Below, one piece after another: positions 48,974 to 63,439 of a stretch of DNA of 64,000 nucleotides. Position numbers and translations under genes: made by a program. This DNA comes from Selaginella moellendorffii (taxonomy: Eukaryota > Plantae > Lycopodiophyta). The stretch spans positions 280,156 to 344,155 of the forward strand of contig NW_003314376.1 of NCBI RefSeq assembly GCF_000143415.4. Reading direction: 5' to 3'. The notes beneath the pieces were generated by a model. It saw nothing but the letters and a program-made list of their open reading frames with translations. It did not search any database and was not told the DNA's origin. Within the stretch, counting starts at the first letter, position 1, and each line of letters begins with the position of its first letter.

Positions 48974-49683
48974 GCCCAATATCTCTATTTGTTTGTTTAG
49001 GGGCTATAAGACACCAAAAGCAAATGCACTTAAACTTTGAAAGAATGTGAAAATGATGTTTCCAATTTTGAAATTTTGTAAGAAAGAAAAGTTGTTCTTT
49101 TTAAAAGACTTTTAGCTATACAATTCTGTAGCTAAATATGTTTACTAGCAAACCAAAATACCAAATAATATTAGTGTTACTATAAATTATAATAATAATA
49201 CATACTATAGTAATAATATTCACTAGAAGAGGAGGAACAAGGCTAGTGTTTTGCTTTGCAATGTTATTCAAGAGCATGAGTAAAGCAATTGGTAAAACCA
49301 ACACAATATAAATCAAATTGGTATGATCTGGAACAGCTTTGCAAGGAGTAGAAACTTGCCAAACCTCATCTCTCAAAAAGCTCTTGAAATGCCAGGATGA
49401 GTACTAGAATTGGATTTTTGGGATCGACACAAGCATCTCCAAATATGTTCGATTGTTGGATCGTTCCAAGTGTTTTGACCGATTTTACTCTAGAGGAGCT
49501 GTGGATCAATATCAATGTTGCACCATGAGAATATCAAAACAGCAATGGATAGATATTTATCTTTTGTTTCTTTTTCCCACATTCGAGTCTGACAATCCAC
49601 AGTGTCACCAGCTAATCGTTTTTTTTTCACAAAACCAAAAGTACCTGGATTTTTCTATTGTCGAAGCTCTTGTCAGGTAAGCT

Positions 49684-50446
49684 ATGGTCTCTTGCACTCA
49701 CGCTGCCCCAACGCTTGCCCGCCGAGCTCCAGCGCCCTGGCATGGCGGCCATCACCGACCTTCACACCTGTGACCTCCAGCTCTAGCTCCAGCACATCAA
49801 GCAGACCACCATGGACACCATCCTCGAGGAGGCCTAGTTAGCTCCAGTTCTTCAAGGTGACGCTCCAGTTCGAGCCCCAGCGCCAGCTGCTTTCGTTCAC
49901 CCTGCTCGCGGCCACCCTGCTCACCTAGCTCCAGCGCCTGCTATCCTTGATCATGCTCGCCACCACCATCCAGCTCCAGCAGCAGCAGTGTACCATCATC
50001 ATCACGGTGATGGAGCTCCTCTGGTTGTTCACCACCATCACCATGGTCACCACCATGGAGGACGCCACAACCACCACAACCACCAACACCACCACCACCA
50101 CCACCATCGTCACGAGGGTCACGATGCAGCAGTGGCCACACCAACACCCGCAGCAGTAGTTACAGTGGTTCGGAGGACGCCGTGGTCGCTGCTCCAGCTT
50201 CTTCTCTGGGTTTTGGTTGCGATCTTGGTGCTGCTCGCATGCTTTTTGCTCGTGCGATGGATGTTCTCTCGAAGGAAACAGCGCAGTAATGCTATCTTTC
50301 AGGATCCCGGGTGGCAGATCGAAGTTGTGGTGGACGATTCTCTGACTGAGAAGAAACAGCTAGAAGCTCACACTTGTGGTTCGCACAGCAATGGCACTCT
50401 GGGATTCTCCTCAAAGTGTCCTGCCAACACTGGCAGGGACGCGTAA
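49684..50446 (+). pseudogene. His-rich membrane protein gene copy, frameshifted in its 5' half
   Basis: Homologous to 12984-13688; the 3' 152 aa are open. Confidence 0.8.
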
Positions 50447-50749
50447 GTCAGCTATGTTGCATGCGTTGTCACATGGAAGATTGTGTATAACAACCTTCAA
50501 GGAGATGAAGTTGCAGAGCAAGAAGACAGCAGGGTCTTGCTCACGGACGGTGAAGATCACATACAAGGGTCGACTGGTGGAAGTCACCAGACTTGGAAGT
50601 TATTGAACAGCTGGCTCGGAACATGGACTGGAAAATAGAGCAAGAACCTACCAAGTTTCAATTTGACTGAGCTATCCTCTAGAGTGACGGGGGAGCAGCC
50701 TCCAAAGGCCAGAGAAGTTGCTTGAGACGAAAGGTTTGAGAAAAGGTAA

Positions 50750-51400
50750 CGTACTACTTTTGCTCTCTGTTCTTGCAGGTGCTCAAATCTCAACTTCGAT
50801 GAGAAGAAGCAGTACAGGGCAGTGCGGCCAGATAAGTTTCTCCAGAGTCAAGAGCATCATAAGCCGGGAATCAAGCAAGTGCAATTGTGAAAGTATGGTC
50901 GAAGTCTACACTGCGGCTTGCAACACAGGTTGTTCAACAGGATGGGACGAAGAACAGGATAGGTTGGTCTACCTAGCAAATTGTGAATACAAAGCTGTAT
51001 GCATTCGTCGCAAGCAGCCTCGTGGACATGTGGAAGCATCAGAAGTGTTCAGGAGGACAAATAAACATGACGTTGGTTGCCTGGAACACGATCAACATGG
51101 GACATGCACGTCTTCGATCAGATGCAATGAGAAGCTGGCCTGCCTCCAAACGCCGAGACTTTGCATGGGGTAGCAAAACATCGTTTCCTGGGATATGCTG
51201 AGAACAACCTTTGCCCTTGAGTGCTATGAGCAAGCCAGCAGCCAAATGCTCAGACTTTCACGGTGGCACTCAGGGCACACGGCGACTTAGCAGAGAAGAG
51301 GCTCCACTCGCAGATCTGGGAGAGAAATCTGAATGGAATCCACTACTCAGCATGCTTGCTCAATGAGAGAGAAGCTTTTCTCGGGAGGTTGGTAAACTTT
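50750..51400 (+). pseudogene. PLS-class PPR remnant
   Basis: AFVASSLVDM, LVAWNTINMG, RLHSQIWERNL. Confidence 0.78.
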
Positions 51401-54400
51401 GCAAGGAAAGAGTGTGATGCAAGGTTGATGGAGCCGTCCATGAAACCCAAACAAAGATGGTGCCTGAAAAGACACAAAAGGATCTTAGCTGGCACACTAT
51501 GGTGAAGGATAAAAAATATGAGAGACAATACTTATCTCTTAATTAATTTGCAGTAGTATCATTCATTGAGTTATAATTTATAATTCAGGATTAATATTAT
51601 TCCATATCAATAGTAGAATAAACAAGAATATACTAGAAAGTGTTTAGGAAAGTTTATAAATTACAAATAAAAAGATTAATCTAAATGAAAAACAACTATT
51701 AGATTGTTGGAATGGAATCCAAGCATATTTAAATATATTCAATACTGCTACAGGTTTGCTCAAGCAAACCAAATATAGATCTATAGTGTTTGGTCACTTT
51801 AAATCTAGACAAGCTTATTCACAAATGTATTTACATTAGTATATAGAACTTTTTTTCCAAAACTTCTTTGTATTAAAACTTGGGACTTAAGTTTCTCTGA
51901 GATTTTGTTGTTGATTAGATGTTATATTTTTCTTTCAACCATGCTCTGTACAAATATACAAACTTTATAATTACATTCAAGTTCTTTAAATCTTTCTTGA
52001 TTTCATATTAGTAGACAAGAAACAACAAAAATACAAAAATTACAAATACTTGGTTAAGGGAAGAAAAGATAACATACTCAAGGGCATTATAGTTAAAAGT
52101 AAAGGATCAACATCAAACAACAAAACTATCATCACAAGTATATAATTCTCAGTTATGGAAGTGATACTATAAATGGGATGCTTTACAACAAAGTTGCAAT
52201 TACACATAATTCTTTAAATGTTAAAATTCTAAAGTATTTCAACATTTGCATAGGGTGGATCCAAATATTAAACTTTGGATTCATCATAACATCTGAATAT
52301 GAGGTGAAAAAAATAGATATTGATATTGTATATGAAATTAAAATAAATTTTATCTATAAATTACACTGAAAATAATATAGGGCATTTCTTATAGTTACAC
52401 TATAAGGGACTTTATAGTAATAATAAAAACTTAAAGTAAATATATAAATTATATAATTATTATAAGTACTAATTATAAAATATTAAATAATAATTTCTTC
52501 TCTAAATTAGATGATAATGCAAAACCTCTATCAAATAGCAACTATTGCCCCAAATATTAGATATTTAAAATACCTTTTTTTAAATACCTGTTTAATAAAA
52601 ATATAAAAACTAAAACCTTAATAGAATATTCTTTAGTGTATAAAATCTTCTTGTGAACTCCTTTATTTACTAGCTCTCTTTATTAGAAAGTCCTTTTATA
52701 TAGAGTATAATCCTTGGTGGTGATATTTATTTAAGAGAGATGTCATTTTAATTTCCTTTTTAAACAACATATGCTAAGTTGGAATAAAATTTTAAATAGT
52801 ACCAATGCTTTACAGTTTCATCACTAATGAAACACAAAAAAAAATTGAGATATTAGAATTCTCTATAATGGTGGTATATATAAGGTTTTAATCATTTGAA
52901 AGAAGAGTTTCTTTCTTCATTGAGAGTAAAGTTTATATGAACACATAGAGAAATGCATTCAAGTTGAATACCATAATAAACACAAGTGGTTCTGCTAGAG
53001 TTTAAAAGGTATAAACACTATAGAAGATTCAAATAAGTAATACAAGTTGATATGTTTTAGTGGGTTGAAGGTAATGTTTACATGGAAAATAAGTTTAGAA
53101 CTACAGACTTGGCTAGCATGGTTGTTTAGCCGTTTTCTACATTTAAAGAATTTAATTATTTCTCATATAAGGAACTACTAACATTGATTGCTTTATTAAT
53201 TCTCTTTCTTTAGTAAATGAGTTTTAAAATACTTGCTACCCAAGTGTTAATAACAAATCTTACTTAAAGTTGCCATATAATGTGACTATCGAAAAAAAGT
53301 TACTATAAATGCATATTTTAATATAAAATTTTCTAGAATGACTTAGTCATCTCTATGTTACAATAGACCTTTATGCACTCCTATATAAAAGGCCAAGTAA
53401 GTCAACCTAATTTTAAGGATTTGGTGGAATGGTTATTTACTACAACATTGACACAACCTCTTGGTCACAACCTCATAAAGTGATGGGATTAACTTTAAGT
53501 GATCTTGGAATTTAATTTGCAATAAAACCAAATAAAAACCTTGAAATTATCAGAAGAAAATGATGAGTAAGTTAGCCCATGCAATCGAGAAACTTACACT
53601 GTCCCAAACATGAGTATATAACTATAGAACATGGAGGACTAATGCTTTTGAGCAACTAAAAGCCTAGCTACTTCTAAATCAAATAACAAAAGATTCATAA
53701 GATTTAATGAGTTATATATCAATATAAAGAAAGTTCTATAGTCAAATGTTTTGTTTGGATTGGAGGAATATTATGTGGTAAGCAAATTATTATATAAACT
53801 TTACATACTCTAGCTAATTGTTTTCATGGATAACAACAATATGGCAATCCTCCAAAACAATGTGATAAATTCATATGGTTATGTCCTATGAAAGTTCTGC
53901 ACACATAGTCTGTGTAGTGTCAATTATCCAAAAACCAAAAAAATACCATATATTTGGTTAATTAGGTGAAATTCATGAATTTGGAGCTTTAGGCTTTAGT
54001 TGAAACATGCTTTAAATTTGAAAATAACACTTTACAACTATAACAACAAGCTCACTTTTCTCAAGAAATTAATGTTTCTTAACAGCAAAGACATTGGATA
54101 AGAAGTAGTTATTAGTATTTTATTTGAACTTGATATACTTATAAATAAAGTTTTACTCATAAATTACACATAAAATAACAAATGGCATTTGTTAAAGTTA
54201 CATTCAAATGGATTTTATAGTAATAAATTTATATTTAGTAATACTAAATATAGTGAATTTATTCTTTAAATTAATTCAGAAATCAAAACCTCTATTAAAT
54301 AGGAAATATTGCTACCCAGGTCTAGATATTATTAAAATTACTCTTTGTTTAAAATACCTGTTTGCCACTAAAACATTAAGAAAATATTCTTTAGTGTACC

Positions 54401-55196
54401 AGAAAATTTTAAAAATATTTTACCTTTTGTTGACCTGGCTCTCTTTATTAGCAGATCTGCTTACATTAAGTTGTACATTCTTGAGGTCAATAGGAAGGCA
54501 TTGATTTCCTTGTTACAAGTTACAAGTTCTAAAGGCATTAGTTTGGTTTTTATACAAGATTCAGGAAAGGCAACATGCTTGGAATACAAGGAATGGAGAG
54601 AGGCCACCTTGAAACAAAATCCAGTAAGCTTTTAATGATTAGTTTCTTTGAATTGATCAAGAGTGCCCAATATCTCTATTTGTTTGTTCAGCTATGAGAC
54701 ACCAAAAACAAGTGCGCATAAACTTTGAAAAAATGTGAAGGTGACATTTCCAATTTTGAAATTTTGTAAGAAAAAAAAAGTTATTCATTTTAAAAGACTT
54801 TTAGCTATACAATTATGTAGCTAAATATGTTTACTAGCAAACCAAAATACCAAATAATATTAGTGTTTATACAATTTGATTGCTACTGAAGATTATACCA
54901 ATTAATTTATATTGTGTTGGTTTTACCAATTGCTTTACTCATCCTCTTGAATAACACTCTCTTTTCGTCCTCCTCTTGTGAATACTATTACTATTATTAT
55001 TATAAGCATTAGTAACATTCTTCATGGTTACCTGCAGATGCAGCTGCTTGTGCCTATAGAAACTTGCTGGAGATGGTGGTCTTTCCAAAGCTCATCTCTC
55101 AAAAGGCTCTTGAAATGCAACAAACATGCCAGAAACTCCAAGGATGAGTAGTAGAATAGTGAAGAGGAAAGATTAGCATTTTTGTTTCTTTGCTAA

Positions 55197-55269
55197 GGGG
55201 ATGTAGCTCAGATGGTAGAGCGCTCGCTTAGCATGCGAGAGGCACCGGGATCGATACCGAGCATCTCCA
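55197..55269 (+). tRNA. tRNA-Ala(AGC), full length but T-stem damaged (probable pseudogene)
   Basis: 73 nt; T-stem 3' strand is CCGAG instead of CCCGG (two mispairs); no T4 run immediately downstream. Confidence 0.8.
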
Positions 55270-55573
55270 AATATGTTTGATTATTGGATCCTTCCAGGCG
55301 TTTTGACCGATTTTACTGGTGTTGACCTCTGGGGGAGCTATAGATGGATGTTGCACCGTTGCTGTTGACTTGCATTCAATGAGTGCCAAGTTTCCAGAGG
55401 TTTGAAAAAACGAGCAAAAATGTTTCATTCACCAGGATTAAGCCTAGAAAAGAGTTGCCATCAAATTAAAGATGTTTTCTCTTTTTGAAATATTTGTATA
55501 TCTCAGTTTCACGAACTCGTTTTTTTTTTCACAAAGCCTCTCGCTTGGATTTTTCTATTGTCGAGGTAAGCTA

Positions 55574-56291
55574 TGATCTCTCGCGCTCATGCCGCCCCAA
55601 CGCTTGCCCGCCAAGCTCCAGCGCCCTGGCTTGGCGGCCATCACCGACCTTCACACCCGCGACCTCCAGCTCTAGCTCCAGCATATCGAGCAGACCTTGA
55701 GGCGGCCACGAGCCAGTGCCAGCTCCAGTTCTTCAAGGTGACGCTCCAGTTCGAGCCCCAGCGCCAGCTGCTTTCGTTCACCCTGCCCGCGGCCACCCTG
55801 CTCATCTAGCTCCAGCGCCTGATGCTCGCCACGACGATCCAGCTCCAGCAGCAGCAGTGTACCATCATCATCACGGTGATGGAGCTCCTCTGGTTGTTCA
55901 CCACCGTCACCATGGTCACCACCACCGAGGACGCCACAACCACCACAACCACCACCATCATCACGAGGGTCACAACGCGGCCACACCAACACCTGCAGCA
56001 GTAGTTACAGTGGTTCGGAGGACGCCGTGGTCGCTGCTCCAGCTTCTTCTCTGGGTTTTGGTTGCGATCTTGGTGCTGCTCGCGTGCTTTTTGCTCGTGC
56101 GATGGACGTTATCTCAAAGGAAGCAGCGCAGTAATGCTATCTTTCAGGATCCCGGGTGGCAGATCGAAGTTGTAGTGGACTATCCTCCGACTGAGAAGAA
56201 ACAGCTGGAAGCTCACACTCGTGGTTCGCACAGCAATGGCACTCTGGGATTCTCCTCAAAGTGTCCTGCCAACACTGGCAGTGATGCGTAA
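55574..56291 (+). pseudogene. His-rich membrane protein gene copy with one frameshift near 55690
   Basis: Homologous to 12984-13688; 55716-56291 is open for 191 aa. Confidence 0.8.
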
Positions 56292-57469
56292 GTCAGCTAT
56301 GTTGCATGCGTTGTCACATGGAAGATTGTGTACAAACAATCTTCAAGGAGATGAAGTTGCAGAGCAAGAAGACAGCAGGGTCTTGCTCACGGACGGTGAA
56401 GATCACATACAAGGGTCGACTGGTGGAAGTCACCAGACTTGGAAGTTATTGAACAGCTGGCTCGGAACATGGACTGGAAAATAGAGCAAGAACCTACCAA
56501 GTTTCAATTTGACTGAGCTATCCTCTAGAGTGACGGGGGAGCAGCCTCCAAAGGCCAGAGAAGTTGCTTGAGACGAAAGGTTTGAGAAAGGTAACGTACT
56601 ACTTTTGCTCTCCGTTCTTGCAGGTGCTCAAATCTCAACTTCGATGAGAAGAAGCAGTACAGGGCAGTGCGGCCAGATAAGTTTCTCCAGAGTCAAGAGC
56701 ATCATAAGCCGGGAATCAAGCAAGTGCAATTGTGAAAGTATGGTCGAAATCTACACTGCGGCTTGCAACACAGGTTGTTCAACAGGATGGGACGAAGAAC
56801 AGGATAGGTTGGTCTACCTAGCAAATTGTGAATACAAAGCTGTATGCATTCGTCGCAAGCAACCTCGTGGACTGTGGAAGCATCAGAAGTGTTCTGGAGG
56901 ACAAATAAACATGACGTTGGTTGCCTGGAACACGATCATCCTTCTATCAGATGCAACGAGAAGGATGGCCTTCCTGATTTCCAAGAAGGATTCACTTCAC
57001 ACCTTCCAGATCAGACCTGGAACATTTCCCTCTCGCGATCCTTCCAGCGCCGTGACGAGCATCGTCCCATCTGGGTCCATGATCGACGAGGCGTGATCGC
57101 TTTTATGCCAAGAACAGGAGCTCAACAGCGATGTGTGGAATTCGTTCATGGCTGTGTGTTCTTGGAATGGGGACGGAAGAAGGGGCCTGGAGGATGCATC
57201 AGATGGGAGTGAGGGCGATCGGCACTTGCACGGCAATCGGCAATTTCGCACAGGGGTGGAGCATTTTTTGCCAGATCGGGATCCCATATCTGGAGCTGGA
57301 TCGAGAGAATGTTAGTCTGGAAGAATCCTAATTTTGTTGGAACCGAAGTTAGTAACGAAGATCTGATGGTTGCAGATGTTCCTGATTGGATCCGACGGCT
57401 CCCGAAGTGTATAAATTGCCATCTGAAATAAACATGACCTAGGGTTACAACAGGATGGGGGAGATGGGG

Positions 57470-58752
57470 GAGACGGCGATGTATGCGCGTACGATGAAGT
57501 CTCTCGTACTCGTCTATATACTGGTGGAAAGAGGCCAAGAATTGAGGCGCCAACGGTAAACAAGGCTCCAAGAATTGAAGTGCCAACAGAAAAGAGTGTT
57601 GAGGCACTAGCATCAGCAAGCAAAACTCTTGACGAGCAGCTTTCAGATGGCTCTTTGCATCTATCAGGTGGGATAGTGGATAAGAAAGCATCTGCAATGT
57701 AGCTGATGGATGCGAAGCAGTATATGTGGGACACTCTCCAAGGTCTTACCAAGCAACAGCTGCCAGGTCACTTCATAGCACAGCAGGAGGCCGGAGGAGA
57801 GTTCCCAAGCCTCATTGTTTGCCTGGATTCACTGCTAAAATAGGTGAATGAGCGTCTCCAAGTGCTAGAGGATTGAATAGGATATTCAAAGCCTGAACTC
57901 TACAGGGTACTAAGGATCAATCGGTTCACTGCAGCTGTTGAGATTTTGAACGTTGCGGCAAGCTTTCTTTCTTACTTCACAAGGGAAGCCATACAGAAGC
58001 AGGGAGTCCTTGACGAGCTGGTGGACTGCGGGCCTACAGGGCCTAGGAAGTTGAAACCATACAGCTCCTATGACAAAGCTGCCATAACTTATAGGAGCCT
58101 GTGGTGGTTCGTTTTCAACAAGGAGGCGAGTGGGAAATCTCTAAGTGAGGTATGGCATGATTTTGAGATTTAGGGACAGGTACTTCCCCCTGATTGGGAT
58201 CGGAAGCGAAGTTCAACATGCAAAGAAGGTATGCATGTTATCTGTAAACAGGTTATCCAAGCCGCTGAGGAGGAACTGGCCAAAGACATGGATTCCTGCC
58301 AGCAGCAGTGCGACATCAGGAAATGTATGGGGTTTTACTTGTCGTGCATCAAGCCAAGGCAGAACACTAGAGTGCACACAATGGGGATCCTGGACACTCT
58401 TCAATGGGCTTCCTCTTCCTCGACTACTGCAACCTTCTCAGTGGATAGGTCGGACATACAGTTGAAGAAGATGGAGATGTCAGAGCTCCAACAGAAGATT
58501 CGTGTCTTGTTCGATATTCACGGTCACGCTCACACTATTCCGGAGTTCAAGTATATCACTGACACTTTCTACCCCCTGCTTAACTGGTACGCGACGAAGC
58601 TGGGGATCAAAGTGTTTGAGATCTGCGGCAGGAACAAGTTGGTGGATGAAGATGCAAGTGTCACTTATGAGTTTGTGGAGGGGAAGTGGATGAGAGATGG
58701 CCTTCAAGATCATCATTGGTCTCTCCTATCTTGGTACAGCATGTGGGAGTGA
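57470..58752 (+). pseudogene. Long intronless pseudogene of an unrecognised protein family
   Basis: One frame (includes ORFs 57946 and 58231) reads as protein for more than 400 codons, broken only by four TAG/TGA stops. Confidence 0.6.
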
Positions 58753-59667
58753 GTGACAGACTGCGTCGACTGAAAGTAAGTACTTGATTCTTGAACGAAC
58801 GTCTATTGTTCTGACGAGTTTTTTGTGTTGTTTGATTCAAGCTTATCAGATTTGCCTTTGCAAGCTGCTCAAAGAACAACTTCACGGGCTTTGGTTTACT
58901 CAATACTCGAGTTGCATTCAAGCGGTGCAGCGACCAGATCTGCAATCCTAAAGTACAGGATTCTTACGCGAAAAACAGAAAAAGATGATACCCCAGTACC
59001 AAGTTTCATGTATAAAATATAGCACTAACAGTGCAAGAGTCGCGCTCTTGGGACAAATCATATATGTCTTTGTCAGTTGCTAGCTTGAATTCTACCATCA
59101 CCGTGTATCACACGGAGGCATTAGCAAGATACTGGGAAGAGGAACAGAAAAAATCCTTATACACTATAGTATCGCTTCATACAAACACGTATCATTTGCA
59201 ATCGTACGAGTGCGATCGCCAAATATTCCTGGTATATTTTCTGGAATAAATCCAAGACATTCATGATTTATTTAGGCTTTCAACGTCACAGAGTAGGTCT
59301 CAGCGAAATATGAATACAAATTACAAAATGGTAACAAGTCGGCACAAGCAATGCAACAAGCAAACAATTCGGACACTCCAGGGACGGAGTGCAGTTTAAG
59401 CCTGGGAGTGTGATAAAGTGGGAATACGCCCAAGTCCGGAAGAACAGAATATTCACCCCACCACATCCTGGAATGCACCAGAATGGAAGTACTGGAAGGT
59501 TGGAACGGATCCAACATCCAACCACTAAACCTCCAACGGGAAAAGGTCAGCGGTTCAAAACTCAACTACACCCAAAGAACGAGCGGCCACAGAATTCGAA
59601 CACACAACTTCAGCACAAAAAGCGGTTGCCAAATGTTGACATCCGGACTTGGGCGTCCGGAAGACCA

Positions 59668-59797
59668 CGGAAGGTGGAGGTCGTTAGGGTTCCAAGAGCA
59701 GAGGCAGAGGTTGCCCAAATCACCAAGTCGGAAGGTGGAGGTCGTTAGGGTTCCAAGAGCAGAGGCAGAGGTTGCCTAAATCACCAAGTCGGAAGGT
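59668..59797. repeat. 61-bp near-perfect tandem duplication
   Basis: CGGAAGGTGGAGGTCGTTAGGGTTCCAAGAGCAGAGGCAGAGGTTGCC(C/T)AAATCACCAAGT x2. Confidence 0.92.
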
Positions 59798-62700
59798 TTC
59801 AGCATGACGGGCACGATTAACGTGAGCCAGCTCAGCATCAGGTTGAAAATCAAATTCCAGAAGGGATCGGTGACTACCAATGGTTCCAACGCTTGACAGC
59901 TCGAAGGTAATTTCGTACTTCTCGAAGATGCGCCACCAGCAGAGCAGCACCTGTTCTACACATGGATGATCCTTGCCATGGACGCCTGCCGGAATTCCAT
60001 CCAGCTGATGGGCTGTGAGTTCCGACTCACGGCCAAACTCTTCAGCCAGGCGTTTGAGCTTCTGGGAGCAGAGTTGCGGATGGAAAAGCCACCCTCCTGG
60101 GGCTTGTCAATTGTTACAGCAGCAAAACCGCGATTGTTCCACTTACACGTTAATGTGCTGCATGCCGTTCCATTCCATTCTTCGAATCGATCTTGGAGTG
60201 CCGAGTTGGATGGGCAAAAGCAGCCTGGAAAAGTTGGTGAGGCTGGCACTCCGTGTCGTCGTAATTCTCCTGAGAATAATCTCACAGCAAGCAAGCAAGC
60301 ATCGATCAAAAAAAGCTCTTACCCGATGTCGATCCTTTGATGCATTTTGCAGCATGTCGTGAGCATTGCCAGGCGTGTGTTTTCTAGAAACTCGTCGCTG
60401 AACGTGTACATAATGTACCCCTTGTCCGTTCAAGGCTGCAAAAGAAAAGGAAGAAAAAAACAATGCGAATGACGCGGCACTCATTCCTTTGAGCTCCTCT
60501 CGAAGAAATCAGTGCTGCAAGTGTGATCCTGGGTTCGAGAAGAGCGATCTGGAGGCTGACCTCCTGGAGAACTATTTCGCGGGCAAAGCCTTCCTGATTT
60601 CCAAGAAGGATGAGAAGCCTGTGGATAATGTGGCCCGTCACGTCTTCTATCAGATGCAACGAGAAGCTGGCCTGCCTCCAAACGCTGAGACGTTGCATGG
60701 AGCAGCAAAACATCGTTTCCTGGGATATGCTGAGAACAACCTTTGCTCTTGAGTGCTACGAGCAAACCGGCAGCCAAACGCTCAGACTTTTCATGGTGGC
60801 GCTCAAGGCACATGGCGACTTAGCAGAGAAGAGGCTCCACTCGCAGATCCGGGAGAGAAATCTGGACGGAATCCACTACTCACACGCTCTCTCAGTGCCT
60901 GCCGTTCGAGAAGTTTTCTGCCTCAAGTTCAGAAGTACTCTGGCATCACTGCCATGACGACACACTTCTTCTTGCACTACTCATTTGGAGTAACTGGAGA
61001 GCGCCCTATGAAGCATGATGGTCACTAGTTGGTAGTTTTTTTGTTTTGTCTTATAGCTTTCACAAGGTACTTCGTTTACGCAATTCTTAGGCCAAGATGG
61101 TCGAACTAGTTAGAAGTCCCTATTTTCAAGCTGTTTTAAAGAAACTGAAGCTTGGCAATGAAAAGCTGTGGAGGCTCTGGAGCTTATCTCCTTACACATG
61201 GTAAGTATTTTCTTCTTTGACTTTTTCATAAATGACATGTTATTTCAGGGATGGGAATGGACATACAATTTTATTGTGGAGAGGGTATTAGGAGGTGTTA
61301 CTCATGTTGCCTTGGGAAGGTTACTTTTTATTTAGGTGCTTGGGAGTTGCCTGAGAACTAGGAGTGCTGTGTCAGAACGAGGGAACTCCATCGTATCACT
61401 GAAGGAATATGCTCTAATATCATGGATCTAAAGAACTTAATCAAAATGAGAGAAAAGCTTTTCTCAGGAGCTTGTTGGTAGACTTTGTGAGGAAAGAGTG
61501 TGATGCAAGGTTGATGAAGCCATCAATGAAACCCAAACAACCAGAAAAACAAGCAAAAGGATCTTAGCTAGCATGGTGAAGAGATAAAAATATTTGAGAA
61601 AATAATTATGTTGTAAATAATTTTCTTGGTTTAGTAATAATTTAATTGAGCAATAATGATAAACATATTTATAGTTTATAAATCAAGATTAATATTATTG
61701 CATATTAATAGTGGAATAGAAAAGAATATACTAGAAGGAGATTTTATAAATTATAAACATGTTAAAAAAATTAACAAAGATGGTACCTGAAAAAAGCGAA
61801 AGGATCTTAGCTGGCACACCATAGTGAAGGGATAAATAAATTGTTACACGTTGCATGTAACATGGTTTGGTTAATAGTAGTTTTATTATTACTTATTAAT
61901 CTTATTGATCAAATACAGTTTATAATTATAAACATGTTAAATACAAGATAAATTTTATTTCATATCAACCATTAGATGATAGAATAAAGAATATACTAGA
62001 AACGGTTTAAGAAAGTTTGTAAATTATAAACATGTTTATATATTATAAATACAAGACTAACAACTGTTAGATGGTAGAATATCCTAGAATATCCAAGCAT
62101 ATTCTAGGTATATCCACTACCATCTCAGTGTTTGCTTAAGCAAACAAAAAATATGAGAGACAATACTTATCTCTTAATTAATTTGCAGTAGTATAATAGT
62201 TATAAACATATTTATAATTTATAAATCAATATTAATATTATTTCATATCAATAGTAGAATTTATACTAGAAAATAAGTTTATAAATTATAAATAAAAATA
62301 TTAATCTAAATGAACAACAAATATTAGATATTAAAAAATCATAGAATCTGCAAGCATATTTTAAGTATATTCAATACCCCTACAGGTTTCCTTAAGAAAA
62401 CCAATTCTAGATCTATAGTGTTTGGTCACTTTAAACCTGTACAAGCTTATTCAGAAACCTATTTACATTAGTATATGAACTTTTGTTTCCATAAATTCTT
62501 TGATTAAACCCACTTAAAACTTGGGGCTTAATTTTCTCTGAGATTTTGTTGTAGATTAGATGTTATATTGTTCTTTTAACCATAACCTATACAAATATAC
62601 AAACTTTATAATTACAATTCAAGTTATTTAAATCTTTCTTGATTTCATATTAGTAGACAAGAAACAACAAATATATGAAGATTATAAATACTTAGTCAAA

Positions 62701-63086
62701 GGAAGAAAATGCAACATACTCAAAGGCATTATAGTTAAAAGTAAAAGATCAATATCAAACAACAATACCATCATCATGAATATACAATTTTTAGTTATAG
62801 AAGTGATACTGTAAATGAGAAGCGTTACAACATCATAATCAAGTAATTCCATTACATATAATTCTTTAAACATTAAAAATTCTAAAATCTTTCATTCTTT
62901 GCATAGGATGGATCCAAATCTTAAACTTTGGATTCATCATCACATCTGAACATGGGGTGAAAAAATAGATATTGGTAAAATAAATTTTATCTATAAATTA
63001 CACCAAAAACAATATAGAGCATTTCTTATAATTACATTCAAAGAGACTTTATATTAATAATGAAAGGGCTTAATATAAATATTAAC

Positions 63087-63439
63087 TGTGAATGCTCGGG
63101 ATATAAAAATAGGTATATTAATTGGGGTTTAAACCTCTGCTTATCTACAAGAATGGATGGACCAAATTCAGTCATAAATGGATGGTCCACATGTTATAAT
63201 ATTATAATTAATGTATTAACTAGCTAGGGTAATACATGTATTTACAAACCTTCTTCAAAAGATGAAAAGATGATAATAATAAGTCAGGTGAAACATCTGG
63301 AACCTTTACTAGGCAATTATAAACTATCACAAGAATCTAAAATTCCCACAAAATCACTAATACAACTGCTGATAACCATGATTGAAATAAAATCCAAAGC
63401 CATGGCATAAGCAATAGCCGACTATAGAACTTTGATGAA
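63087..63439 (-). mobile_element. LTR plus internal fragment of the family of the element at 316-11248
   Basis: 63087-63255 is reverse-complement-similar to the LTR at 316-493; ~63310-63439 is reverse-complement-similar to ~2122-2250. Confidence 0.85.

Larger units (their letters stand above)
56964..60638. other. 3.7 kb insertion into the PPR remnant
   Basis: Flanked by duplicated CTTCTATCAGATGCAACGAGAAG (56941-56963 and 60644-60666); absent from all other duplicon copies. Confidence 0.85.
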
